DNA of 64,000 nt from a virus, in IMG/VR virus record IMGVR_UViG_3300030012_001865, positions 1-64,000 of that record; one strand, given 5' to 3'. Below the pieces are notes generated by a model. The model was not told the DNA's origin and ran no database searches. It saw only the letters and a list, made by a program, of their open reading frames with translations. Shown here in pieces: positions 36,026 through 45,075 of this stretch (position 1 is the stretch's first letter; each line of letters starts with the position of its first letter). The position numbers were made by a program, and so were the translations under genes.

Positions 36026-38464
36026 TTATACTTTTTTATTTTGTTTAGCTATTTTTGCTTTTTCTATTCTTTCTTTAGATGCTAACTGCTCTTTTTCTAA
36101 TTGCATTTTTTGTCTTTGCAGTTCACCATCTTGAGCTACTTTAGCTCTTTCAATATCTAGTTTAGCTAGATCCACACTATCTCTAACACCATTGTCGTTC
36201 ATATCTTGATCCACAGCTTTACCCATAAGATTCATTCTTGCAATCTGAACTTTGGTTTGATTATCTTCAGAGTTTCTTTGATCTTCACGATTCTCTTTCT
36301 CAATTTCTAATTGCAGCTTTTGTTGCTCTATTTGCTGCTGTTGTTGCATTTGCACTTCTTGCATTTGCAGTTGTTGTTGTTGAGTTTGTTGCGCTCGCTG
36401 CTGAGCTTCAGCTTCAGAACGTTTAAGATTTTGTCGTAAATCTGATATAGAGCTTGCATTATATATTTGTACCACATCTGATAAAGTCATTTGTTCGTTT
36501 TGTAGCGCAGCGTGCGTTAATTGTTTTAATGCTTCTATTGCCATATTATCTTTTGCAGAATTAGAAACAAACAATCCGTATTCAGACTGTGCAAACTGAT
36601 CTCCATTTAATTTAAAGAATACGTTAGCTAAATCGTCAGTCATGTAAGTTATGCGTTTAGAGTCTCCTTTGTATACATCTCTTGATACATTTAACAAACT
36701 TTCTAAAACTCTAACTTTAGTTTGGTTATGAACTTCATACCATTTTTCTGTAATATGCGATGACTGAACAACAGCTCTTTCTGTATTACCTACTAACTCA
36801 GATGTAGATATAGCACCCATTCTTTGCGGTGTAACACCTGATAAAGTATATATTTTTTGCTCTACAAAGTCTAAAAGCTGCACATGTTGTTGGATATAAT
36901 TACCAGTTTCCATATCTAACACTTTATTTTGTGTAGATATATTACCAGCAAGTTTACCAGTGGACTGTCCTTTTTTACCTTCGTTAAAAGAATCAACAAA
37001 ACCAAACTTCATTGATTGTGCATAGTACATCCACTTTTCTACTTCCCATCCATCAGGAATTAGTGACAAATCTATTAATGATATTTTACCTTGGTTAGAC
37101 GCTATAGCTAACTCTAACCTATACCACATAGTTATGTACATGTAAACCCAAGGCACTAATCTGTCCATCAAAGATACAGATTGTGAATTGTTTGCATTGT
37201 ATATTGTTCCTACGTAACCAGAACTACACAAAGATAAATTATCCATGTGTCTAAATTGTTGAGGTCTAACTCTAATATTTATGTAAGTATTTTCTCCAAT
37301 TTTGGTTCCTTCCCAATATTCGTTTACCCACATATACTCTATAGACTCACCAATACTTTCATTTATTTTGTAAGTTTCTCCTACAATAGTTTCTTGCGGA
37401 AGACCTTGCTCATCAATATAAGTTAACTTGCCTATCTTACGCATAGATTTCCAAACTACTTTTGTAACACGTATGTTACCATCTTGATCATAGTAGTTAA
37501 AAATATTAGAGTCGTGATCTGTTCCTTCTCTATTCTCTATATAAAGTTTTTCCTGATTAGGAAAATTTAAAAGACTTTGACTATCTACAGAACCTCTGTG
37601 GCCTTGCTCTTTTTCTAATTTATCTATCTGAGCAGGGGTAAGATCTTCGTAAAAATTATCAATAACTGTATTAATAGACATAAATGTATCTTCTACAATT
37701 ACGTCTGCATTATCTACATAGTCTTCATTGTGAGGTAGTAGAACATAAAACTCTAAAGGATTAACTCTACGAACTGTAGGTTCGTTAGACACTTCTTCTA
37801 TACAGTATATTTCTTCTCCTACTAGTAGTGCATCCTCCCACCCTTTTGCAAATTTTGTTTTTAATTTCTGCTCTCTTTCTAAATAATTAAGAAGTTTGTT
37901 AGCAGTAGATTCATTCGTATCTTGAAAGTCGTAATCAAAATATTTCTGAACTCTTTTTAAATGCTCAGGTATACTAGCTTGTGCTTGCTGCATAAACTGT
38001 TGGGCCTCTTCTTGAGAAGTTGGTTGGCCCATAGATTGTAAAAACTGTTCTGTAGTTTGTTGTATTATAGTTTGAAATATACCTACAACTTGTTTTTTCT
38101 TTTCCTCTTCTTTAGAAGATATAGATTCTTCATTAATAGATCTAACTACATAAGAAAAAGCTCTTTTAGCTTCTTCACCAAAAAGTAAATTGAATATAGG
38201 CGATACTACATCATAGTATTGCAAGGTAGCAGGAAGCTCTAGCGAACCACCTAACCCTAGAGGATCAGTTACATACTCTAGATCTTGCTTGTCAAACTTA
38301 CCATTATAAAGATCGTAGTTCCGCTTTTTCTTAAAGCGAGAACTACGTCTTGTATTATCGTAAACACCTACTAAGCCTAATCCAGCTTCTATGCATTCTT
38401 CTCCCCACTTCTGAGTCTTTTTCCTCCGACTCAGTTTTTGTCTAGGAAAATCTAATCGAGGCAT
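36026..38464 (-). CDS. Portal protein
   Basis: 812 aa; FPRQKL...KTQKW, NYDLYNG, WVNEYWEGTKIG, SGVTPQRMG; Gln-rich C-terminal barrel helix. Confidence 0.9.
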   Translation of the reverse strand: MPRLDFPRQKLSRRKKTQKWGEECIEAGLGLVGVYDNTRRSSRFKKKRNYDLYNGKFDKQDLEYVTDPLGLGGSLELPATLQYYDVVSPIFNLLFGEEAKRAFSYVVRSINEESISSKEEEKKKQVVGIFQTIIQQTTEQFLQSMGQPTSQEEAQQFMQQAQASIPEHLKRVQKYFDYDFQDTNESTANKLLNYLEREQKLKTKFAKGWEDALLVGEEIYCIEEVSNEPTVRRVNPLEFYVLLPHNEDYVDNADVIVEDTFMSINTVIDNFYEDLTPAQIDKLEKEQGHRGSVDSQSLLNFPNQEKLYIENREGTDHDSNIFNYYDQDGNIRVTKVVWKSMRKIGKLTYIDEQGLPQETIVGETYKINESIGESIEYMWVNEYWEGTKIGENTYINIRVRPQQFRHMDNLSLCSSGYVGTIYNANNSQSVSLMDRLVPWVYMYITMWYRLELAIASNQGKISLIDLSLIPDGWEVEKWMYYAQSMKFGFVDSFNEGKKGQSTGKLAGNISTQNKVLDMETGNYIQQHVQLLDFVEQKIYTLSGVTPQRMGAISTSELVGNTERAVVQSSHITEKWYEVHNQTKVRVLESLLNVSRDVYKGDSKRITYMTDDLANVFFKLNGDQFAQSEYGLFVSNSAKDNMAIEALKQLTHAALQNEQMTLSDVVQIYNASSISDLRQNLKRSEAEAQQRAQQTQQQQLQMQEVQMQQQQQIEQQKLQLEIEKENREDQRNSEDNQTKVQIARMNLMGKAVDQDMNDNGVRDSVDLAKLDIERAKVAQDGELQRQKMQLEKEQLASKERIEKAKIAKQNKKV

Positions 38465-38473
38465 AAATTATTT

Positions 38474-38863
38474 TTAGTCTACTTCTAGTAATAAAAATTC
38501 TACTGTAGGAGTATTAGCTGATGATTTAACTTGTATTTTAGTATTATCTGCTGTTGGGTAAAAGAAAAATTCTCCTGGAGATAAACGAGCAAAAATTTGA
38601 TCCCCGTCATCTGCAAAGATTAAATCATCTGTTGCGTCTGTATTTTTTGCATATACATATGCTTTTTTACCACCATCTGTTGATCCTGCTAAAGCATTCA
38701 CGTTTATATCATCGTAAGATGTACTAGTTACCATAGTAGTTAAACCCTGACGGTTATCACCATTAATAGTTAGTGCATCTGTAACTGTTTTGTTTAAAGA
38801 TATTGTATTAAACAAATCAGTACTAGATATACTGAAAGTTACGTTTAAAGTTGCGTTTGCCAT
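38474..38863 (-). CDS. Small beta-rich putative structural protein (paralogue A)
   Basis: AYVYAKN.D...FARLSPGEFFFYP...VEF shared with the neighbouring gene. Confidence 0.75.
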   Translation of the reverse strand: MANATLNVTFSISSTDLFNTISLNKTVTDALTINGDNRQGLTTMVTSTSYDDINVNALAGSTDGGKKAYVYAKNTDATDDLIFADDGDQIFARLSPGEFFFYPTADNTKIQVKSSANTPTVEFLLLEVD

Positions 38864-38881
38864 TTTGTTATAATTTTAAGA

Positions 38882-39292
38882 TTAAGCTGCTTTTTCCATT
38901 AATACATATTCAACTACAGGATTACCTGCAGCTGCTTCAATATCTATATCCTGCATATCAGAGATAGGCATAAACATAAACTCGCCAGGGCCTAAAACTG
39001 CAAACCAGTCACCTGCTCCTGAGTCTGTACCATGAGTTGCGCATAATCCAATTTTAACGTATTCACCAGATGTAACACTTAAATTATGTAAAAATACATA
39101 AGCTAAATCATTTGTTCCATCTAAAGCTTTTAATGCTATATTATCTTCTGTTCCTGAGCCTGTAGTTACTAATCGGCCTACAAGCATTTGATCTCCTGCA
39201 GGAGAGAGTGCGTCTGTTTCTGTGAAACTTAAAGTTTGCTTTGCAAACAAGTCTGTGCTAGAAAGAGACAGTGTTACATTTACTGTTGCCAT
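38882..39292 (-). CDS. Small beta-rich putative structural protein (paralogue B)
   Basis: AYVFLHN...FAVLGPGEFMFMP...VEY. Confidence 0.75.
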   Translation of the reverse strand: MATVNVTLSLSSTDLFAKQTLSFTETDALSPAGDQMLVGRLVTTGSGTEDNIALKALDGTNDLAYVFLHNLSVTSGEYVKIGLCATHGTDSGAGDWFAVLGPGEFMFMPISDMQDIDIEAAAGNPVVEYVLMEKAA

Positions 39293-39327
39293 ATTTATAT
39301 TATTTTTAAAATTCGCGAATTAAAGGA

Positions 39328-39357
39328 CAAAAATATAAATTTTAGTATTTTGTGCAA
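39328..39357 (-). promoter_or_regulatory. Bacteroidota housekeeping-sigma promoter for the portal block
   Basis: TTG-N19-TATTTTTG, nearly identical to 35932-35961. Confidence 0.8.
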
Positions 39358-39400
39358 ATAATAATCTGCGAAATTAGATTTTTAGTTTTTACGTTTATAG

Positions 39401-41518
39401 CTAAAAACGAGTTTTCTTTTTCTTAAATAAAGACTTATTCCAAAAACTCTGATCATATATAGTAGTAGTTTTGGTTTCTTTCTCTACTTTTATTTTTTTA
39501 ACTTCTTCTAGATGATACATTACCATCATTAGTGCCATGACCCTATCAAAGTTTCCTACATCATTGTAAGATATAAGTTCTTTCAATAATGCTACACTTC
39601 TTATTTTATGCAGGTTTAGCAACCCTTCATTCTCATACGGATCTAGTAACCACATCTTGATTAACTCTTCACCGTACATTTTTAAAGGCTTTGACATGTG
39701 CATACCTTTTTGACGCTGCACTTTACTATGTTGTATTACATCTTTTATAATTTCAGGTTGATCTGAAAGTAAATATGTTTCGTGTTTATGTTCTAAATAC
39801 TGAAACAATCCTTTACGTTCGTTCTCATACAAACACTTTGCGTTGTAGAACTTTAACAATCTTCTTACATTTTCATAATATTGGTTTGCTGTATCAGGTC
39901 TACCTGTGTACTCAGCTACAATACGATTTGTAAGTTTGTTTAATATAAACGTAGATCCTAAAGAAGAGGTGGTAGATTCATCATGATCATAAGGGTCAGT
40001 ACCTGCAAGATACATGCCATAAGGTATTTGGCCATCTCTATCTTCATAAGGCATCTCGTATATAATTACACATCCTGCTATGTTATCATTACCTCTAATT
40101 GGAAACTCATAGATTGGTTGTAGCTTTGCATTAGGCTTCCAGTTTACTTTACCTGAGTCTGCATCTATATACAACTCTCCAATATAATCATGATTGCGTT
40201 CTCTGTTAGATGCCTCTAACTCAGCAAGTCTTGTAAGTAAATCTGCCACTGGAAATAAGTTACCTGTACGTGTAAGAAATACTTCTGATGGTACAAGTGG
40301 TCTGTTTTGTAGCTCTGCATCTAGCGCACTCCTAGCATTTTTACCTTCTTTTAGTTTTTCTCTAAATTTATCTAGGTAATCTCTTGCAGGCTGCTCTTGT
40401 GTATTACCATTATCGTCTTTAAACTGATTCAGCCCTCTGTATGCAGGAACAAAATAAGATATTTTACCTTTGTCTTCCCACTCATCGTCAAAAGAAATCA
40501 TATCATAGACGTCAGGATTGTAAAACATATCTCTTGCATCTACAGTACCACCGCCTTCCATGTCACCACCTGTGCCAAGATACATACAGCTACCAAATTT
40601 GTAAGCCCCGTTTTTCATACATTCTACAGATGCTTCGTGTGACGCCTTTAGATTGTTAAACATACCAATCTCTTCCATAACCATCACGGCAGGACGCGTA
40701 CCATTGGCTGCAAATGGGTTATCTTTAAATGTTCTATGCTTAATTTTAGATTTAGAACCCATAACTTTCCAGGTTCCACCAAGTTTTTTCTTGTATTCTG
40801 CAATAATTTCTTTACCAGAGTACCAACTACCGCCATATTGCTTGGCAAAAGGTGAGGGAAAGAATTTATTTCCAATTTCTATGCCACCAGGCAAGTTATC
40901 TAGCCCAAATTGCGTCTTTTTTAGTATATCACCTGAATATTTAGCGTCACCTGCGCCTACAACTATCTCTGTAGAGGGTGGATTTTTTATAAGCTCAGGA
41001 TCATAAGACTTCATGCCGTCAAATACAAACTCGTGTCCTGCTACGCCACCTGCTACAGAGTATGACTTACCAAATCCACGGCTACCCATCATCATAAAGT
41101 TCTTAGCTTCGTTTTCCCATAAAGGTTTTCCTAAGCTTTTTTTGTGTGTCCTACGCATATATTCTGCAGCAGGTACATAATTATCTTGTCCTATAAACTC
41201 TCTGTTACATGTAAACTCTTTATCATCTTCAAATCCAGAAAATCCGCGTGCTTCTACCCAATTGTAAAAGAATTCCCACTCAAGATCTCGAAGAAATGGT
41301 TTACCAGGTGTTTTAGTTTTAGAATGTTGGGTTTTGTTAAGAAGTATTGTCCAAAAATTGACATAAAAATAAAGGTTACCTGGCATCCATACTCCGCCCA
41401 CCCAGTAACCTTCTATACAACGCTTTTTTTCTTCTCTCCAAAACAGTAAATATTCTTCACTGGCTGGATGAAGTTGAGGTATCTCTTTTAGTAAAAAAGC
41501 ATCTTTGTTAATAATCAT
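39401..41518 (-). CDS. terL: Terminase large subunit
   Basis: Walker A GSRGFGKS, Walker B VMVMEEIG, GTGG, nuclease GTDPY and NFDRVMA. Confidence 0.93.
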   Translation of the reverse strand: MIINKDAFLLKEIPQLHPASEEYLLFWREEKKRCIEGYWVGGVWMPGNLYFYVNFWTILLNKTQHSKTKTPGKPFLRDLEWEFFYNWVEARGFSGFEDDKEFTCNREFIGQDNYVPAAEYMRRTHKKSLGKPLWENEAKNFMMMGSRGFGKSYSVAGGVAGHEFVFDGMKSYDPELIKNPPSTEIVVGAGDAKYSGDILKKTQFGLDNLPGGIEIGNKFFPSPFAKQYGGSWYSGKEIIAEYKKKLGGTWKVMGSKSKIKHRTFKDNPFAANGTRPAVMVMEEIGMFNNLKASHEASVECMKNGAYKFGSCMYLGTGGDMEGGGTVDARDMFYNPDVYDMISFDDEWEDKGKISYFVPAYRGLNQFKDDNGNTQEQPARDYLDKFREKLKEGKNARSALDAELQNRPLVPSEVFLTRTGNLFPVADLLTRLAELEASNRERNHDYIGELYIDADSGKVNWKPNAKLQPIYEFPIRGNDNIAGCVIIYEMPYEDRDGQIPYGMYLAGTDPYDHDESTTSSLGSTFILNKLTNRIVAEYTGRPDTANQYYENVRRLLKFYNAKCLYENERKGLFQYLEHKHETYLLSDQPEIIKDVIQHSKVQRQKGMHMSKPLKMYGEELIKMWLLDPYENEGLLNLHKIRSVALLKELISYNDVGNFDRVMALMMVMYHLEEVKKIKVEKETKTTTIYDQSFWNKSLFKKKKTRF

Positions 41519-42036
41519 ATTAATCCTTTCTCGGACGCTGACTCTTCTGCTCCACCCTTTGTAGAACCTTCGTTAGTTTCTTTATCCACGAGTTTAAGAA
41601 GACGTTCATAATCCTCAAACAATTTAACATTTGTTTTAAGTAATCCTTCGATAGTGTCTGCATTATCTTCATAAGTAAGCGTATCTAAGTATAACGTTTT
41701 TTCGTCCATCTTTTTATTCCACACCATTAGCTGTCTTTTAGCAGGAGTAACTAAAGTTGTTTCATAAAAATGGATTGCCTCTCTATACTGATCCCAATCA
41801 AACTTTGTGTCTTTTAAATAATCTTTTGCTATCATATCCTTACGTGTATTGTAAGATATGTTAGAAAATTTAGAATCAGGATCTGCTAAAAGAGCAATAG
41901 CCCACATTATCTGTGAGCTTTTGCTTTTAGTTTTGCTTTTATCTTTTTCTAAGATAGAAGCAAAGGGGAGGGGGACTTTAAGTTGTGGATGTAACTTCCA
42001 AAAGTTTACATCTGTGTTAAATCCTTCTAATATCAT
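41515..42036 (-). CDS. Putative terminase small subunit
   Basis: Helical 173-aa protein overlapping the terL start, ending ...KGGAEES; assignment mainly positional. Confidence 0.5.
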   Translation of the reverse strand: MILEGFNTDVNFWKLHPQLKVPLPFASILEKDKSKTKSKSSQIMWAIALLADPDSKFSNISYNTRKDMIAKDYLKDTKFDWDQYREAIHFYETTLVTPAKRQLMVWNKKMDEKTLYLDTLTYEDNADTIEGLLKTNVKLFEDYERLLKLVDKETNEGSTKGGAEESASEKGLI

Positions 42037-42308
42037 TTTACAATGCCTAAAACATCAAACATGTTCATTTGAAAATATTCTATACCGTCTACATTAACCA
42101 TAAATCCTTGGCCTTTTGGTATTACAACATCTCCAACTTTTACATCTTTAACATCTTTACTGACTGCTACTACTTTAGCATGCCCATCTCTTTTTTCTGC
42201 TTCTTCTTTTAACATAGACTCGGATTTAATAATTCCGCTCTCTGTTTCCTTCGCCACTTCTGGCATTTCAACAACAATATGTTGTCCTAAAGGTTCGTAA
42301 TTAATCAT
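42033..42308 (-). CDS. groES: Co-chaperonin GroES-like
   Basis: EPLGQHIVVE...ETESGII (mobile loop)...KVVAV...VKVGDVV. Confidence 0.85.
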   Translation of the reverse strand: MINYEPLGQHIVVEMPEVAKETESGIIKSESMLKEEAEKRDGHAKVVAVSKDVKDVKVGDVVIPKGQGFMVNVDGIEYFQMNMFDVLGIVK

Positions 42309-42310
42309 TG

Positions 42311-42538
42311 TTACCATTTTTTAAGTGGGCAGTGTGATTGCATAGATCTTGTTTTAGCAACCAAAGGACACCCACATTGTTTACATCTATTTCTAACATT
42401 GTGTTCGCACTCTCCACATATTTCAACTCTAGCTTTTGCTATTTTCTCTACGTGTGGATTTGGAAACACTACATTCTTCCAACCGTTAAATATTTCAGCA
42501 ACTTTACTCGCTGGACTTCTTTTGTCGTCTTGGGCCAT
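42311..42538 (-). CDS. Small Cys-rich zinc-binding protein
   Basis: R..ICGECEH....CKQCGCPL.AK......CPLKKW. Confidence 0.8.
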   Translation of the reverse strand: MAQDDKRSPASKVAEIFNGWKNVVFPNPHVEKIAKARVEICGECEHNVRNRCKQCGCPLVAKTRSMQSHCPLKKW

Positions 42539-42722
42539 TTTTATAATAATTTAATCTATTTTTCTTTACTGTAAACATCCCTAGATGTTTTAATCTTGTC
42601 GATTTAAAATCTCCCTCTTCTATAGTGTTTTTTAAAAGACTAAATTGGGATTTAACAATAAGTTCTATTTTAAACTCACTTAACTTATGTTTTTTTGCTA
42701 GCTTTTTAATTATTTTGTCCAC
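42504..42722 (-). CDS. HU/IHF-like DNA-binding protein
   Basis: Two helices followed by STRLKHLGMFTVK. Confidence 0.7.
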   Translation of the reverse strand: MDKIIKKLAKKHKLSEFKIELIVKSQFSLLKNTIEEGDFKSTRLKHLGMFTVKKNRLNYYKNGPRRQKKSSE

Positions 42723-43057
42723 GCTAATTTATAAGTTACTTCTATCCCATCTTCTTTTATACCATTCAAAATTGTAGGGTTTATAGATTTATCTACAATC
42801 ATTTTCTTCTTTCTAAGCATTGTAATATGATTATTAAAAGAAGCTTCTGACATACCTATTTGTTTTCTAACTAATTTTCTAACAGGAGTAGAAAACAGCA
42901 TTTTGTTTAGCCCCTCTTTATCTCTGTTAGATTGCCATATAGATAAAAAACTAGAAAGCACTTCTATCTCTTTGTCTTTTAATTTTAACAAAGGATTTAG
43001 TATTTGAAGATATGCCTTCATAGATTTTGGTATGTCTCCTTTTATTGGTATTATCAT
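42710..43057 (-). CDS. Winged-helix DNA-binding protein
   Basis: RKLVRKQIGMSEASFNNHITMLRKKKMI HTH; INP wing. Confidence 0.65.
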   Translation of the reverse strand: MIIPIKGDIPKSMKAYLQILNPLLKLKDKEIEVLSSFLSIWQSNRDKEGLNKMLFSTPVRKLVRKQIGMSEASFNNHITMLRKKKMIVDKSINPTILNGIKEDGIEVTYKLAWTK

Positions 43058-43061
43058 GCGT

Positions 43062-43069
43062 CAAATATA
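43062..43069 (-). promoter_or_regulatory. Possible -7 promoter element TATATTTG
   Basis: TAnnTTTG immediately upstream of 43057; no clear -33 TTG. Confidence 0.4.
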
Positions 43070-43075
43070 ATAAAA

Positions 43076-43819
43076 TTAATTATAATTTAACATGTCGATA
43101 ATTTCTTTTCGATAATCTGCACACTTTATAAGTTTATAAGTGTCATTTTTTTCGTTGAACCAAACTATAAAACAATCTTTGATTCTAAGGTTTGTTTCGT
43201 ACTCAATTATATATCTGTAAAGTGAAAGTTGTAAAGAGTATGTAGAAAATTCACACTCGTCTAGGTGAGATACAGGCCCAAGCATCTTTTTTTGGTACCT
43301 GCTTTTGTAAGTCATTCTTTTGTTCGTTTTCCAGTCAAATATGACAAGCCCATCAAGAGTATTTGAATAGTAGAGCTGGTCAACCATACCGCATATCCCA
43401 AGATCGCGAGAACCAACGCACAACTCAGAGCGAACAGGTATAAGATTTTCTTTCGATTCTTCATAAAATTCTAAAAAGTAGGATTCAATTTTGTCGTACG
43501 CTTCTTTATCTAAATCAAAGTCATACATTACATTAGTGAGCACCTTATTATTTATGTAGTTTTCCGCAAATGCGTGAAACTTACTACCTTTATTACATGC
43601 GCGTAAACTAATCGAATCCCACCTATCTAGAATGTCCTGCAGTTTTACATTTTCTTTTTCTGCAGAACGTGCTGCCCAAAAGTCTCTCTCAAAAGTTTCT
43701 TTGAATTGTCCAATGAATGTGGTTACAGATATAGCTTCCTGCCCCCCGACAGTATACGTGTGTCCCTTCTCCGTAAATACCACATCATTGAACTTGTTTA
43801 ATTCTGTGTATAAAAACAT
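43076..43819 (-). CDS. PD-(D/E)XK nuclease (Cas4/RecB-like exonuclease); track start 43852, ATG 43819 preferred
   Basis: SVTT, GSKFH, SE..V...ICGMVDQL...IFDWKTN, YSLQLSLY. Confidence 0.85.
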   Translation of the reverse strand: MFLYTELNKFNDVVFTEKGHTYTVGGQEAISVTTFIGQFKETFERDFWAARSAEKENVKLQDILDRWDSISLRACNKGSKFHAFAENYINNKVLTNVMYDFDLDKEAYDKIESYFLEFYEESKENLIPVRSELCVGSRDLGICGMVDQLYYSNTLDGLVIFDWKTNKRMTYKSRYQKKMLGPVSHLDECEFSTYSLQLSLYRYIIEYETNLRIKDCFIVWFNEKNDTYKLIKCADYRKEIIDMLNYN

Positions 43820-43823
43820 AATA

Positions 43824-43931
43824 TCAATCTTCTTCTCCTTCTCCTTCTTCATAAACGGTTTCTTCCTCTATAGTAGAATCCGTTATCCAAGATTCCCATA
43901 TTATCTTTGCTTGTTCTTTTGGATCTGTCAT
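43824..43931 (-). CDS. Small acidic protein, 35 aa
   Basis: MTDPKEQAKIIWESWITDSTIEEETVYEEGEGED; the upstream extension in the track overlaps a structured RNA. Confidence 0.5.
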   Translation of the reverse strand: MTDPKEQAKIIWESWITDSTIEEETVYEEGEGEED

Positions 43932-43972
43932 ATCACACTTAATTATTAAAACAAAAGTGGCCAAAAGAAAAC

Positions 43973-44102
43973 CAAACTGAAATGCCACTAACTTTTCAAT
44001 CGGGAGAGTCATTGCTGGTTCAACTCTCAAACATCAAACGAAGATACTTGTCTGTTCCAACAATCGTCTCTGATTGAAGTGCTAGTTCGGTAACTCAGTT
44101 TG
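43973..44102 (-). ncRNA. Candidate structured RNA / leader (~130 nt)
   Basis: Nested helices CAAACTGAG/TTCAGTTTG, ACTAGC/GTTAGT, TTCAATC/GATTGAA, then GAGAGTT/GACTCTC or ATTGTTGG/CCAGCAAT; G-U pairs only work on the minus strand; begins just after TACGTTTG. Confidence 0.6.
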
Positions 44103-44110
44103 CAAACGTA
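44103..44110 (-). promoter_or_regulatory. -7 promoter element TACGTTTG at the head of the minus-strand arm
   Basis: TAnnTTTG preceded by a nearly pure A/T tract (44111-44140). Confidence 0.6.
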
Positions 44111-44253
44111 AAAAAAAATTTTTTATAAAAAAAATATTTTCTGAGAAAATGAAAGAGTGGACCACCTATATCACGGCACCCCTTCTATCTTTTGCGGGCT
44201 AACACCCCCACAGTTGCAAATTATAAATTTATCAATCCTAAAAACAAGTTTTT

Positions 44254-44601
44254 ATGCTTACTAAATTCACAATTTACAAAGTGTCGCTTTCCGAAAAGAA
44301 TAACACCACTATCGTCCTAAAGGCCGACAGTGCCGTATCCTTCGGAAATATGCGCCTACAGTCAGTCGTTATGAATAACTCCTTCTGTTGGCACACTTTC
44401 CGCGGAAAGCTTGACACGGAGTTTACTCAACTCCAACAACAGCAAGCTGTCATTGAAGTTGACAACCCCCAAATTTCCGTCGCTGACGCTGACGGAAAAG
44501 GTGGTGGTAAACTCCTGCTCACACCTAACTCACACCTAAAGGTGTTCGTTAATGGTGTCGAGCAAACTGCTACGGTTGCTCCGCAACCTGCACAGTCGTA
44601 A
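44254..44601 (+). CDS. First early gene, hypothetical
   Basis: ORF track; C-rich codon usage differs from neighbours; has its own terminator. Confidence 0.75.
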   Translation: MLTKFTIYKVSLSEKNNTTIVLKADSAVSFGNMRLQSVVMNNSFCWHTFRGKLDTEFTQLQQQQAVIEVDNPQISVADADGKGGGKLLLTPNSHLKVFVNGVEQTATVAPQPAQS

Positions 44602-44602
44602 T

Positions 44603-44631
44603 AAGAGCCCTAACGGGCTCTTTATTTTTTT
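44603..44631 (+). terminator. Rho-independent terminator
   Basis: AAGAGCCC-TAAC-GGGCTCTT then TATTTTTTT. Confidence 0.85.
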
Positions 44632-44746
44632 GGTTGATCTGTTTACACTTGGTTACGTGATCTTTCGTGCACCAGTTAACATTCCCACTTATTCCCTTAT
44701 AATTTACTTACACACTAATCCACTACATTATAACATATAGCTAATT

Positions 44747-45049
44747 ATGGACATTAACGACGAATTAAAGAAAGCTCAATTAGATAAAGATTGGGATAGT
44801 ATCAAAAGAATATTTGATAAGATAAACGACATCTGCCAACAAGAAGCAGACATGAATGTACTTGAGTTCTTAAAGTATAGAGATAATACTTCAGAGTCTT
44901 GTAGATATTATTCTTTACACTCTAAGACTAAGATAGGACCGTATAAAAATAAACCTAATTGGAATCCAATAACTGTAAAGTATAAAACAAGTATTGAACG
45001 CAGATTTCAAGAAGATGCAATAAATGATATGGACATGGGAGAGCAGTAA
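44747..45049 (+). CDS. Hypothetical protein
   Basis: ORF track; sense strand of the early arm. Confidence 0.65.
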   Translation: MDINDELKKAQLDKDWDSIKRIFDKINDICQQEADMNVLEFLKYRDNTSESCRYYSLHSKTKIGPYKNKPNWNPITVKYKTSIERRFQEDAINDMDMGEQ

Positions 45050-45075
45050 TATGCTCTCCTTTAATATAAATAGTT

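Noticed and set aside
36300-36415. CAA/CAG-rich simple repeat
   Set aside because: It encodes the ordinary Gln-rich C-terminal helix of the portal
43076-43819. Cas4-like nuclease as part of a CRISPR system
   Set aside because: No array or other cas genes are present; solo PD-(D/E)XK nucleases are common in phages
328-43949. Numerous plus-strand ORFs in the track across the structural arm
   Set aside because: They are antisense shadows of long minus-strand genes, with no motifs and no operon logic
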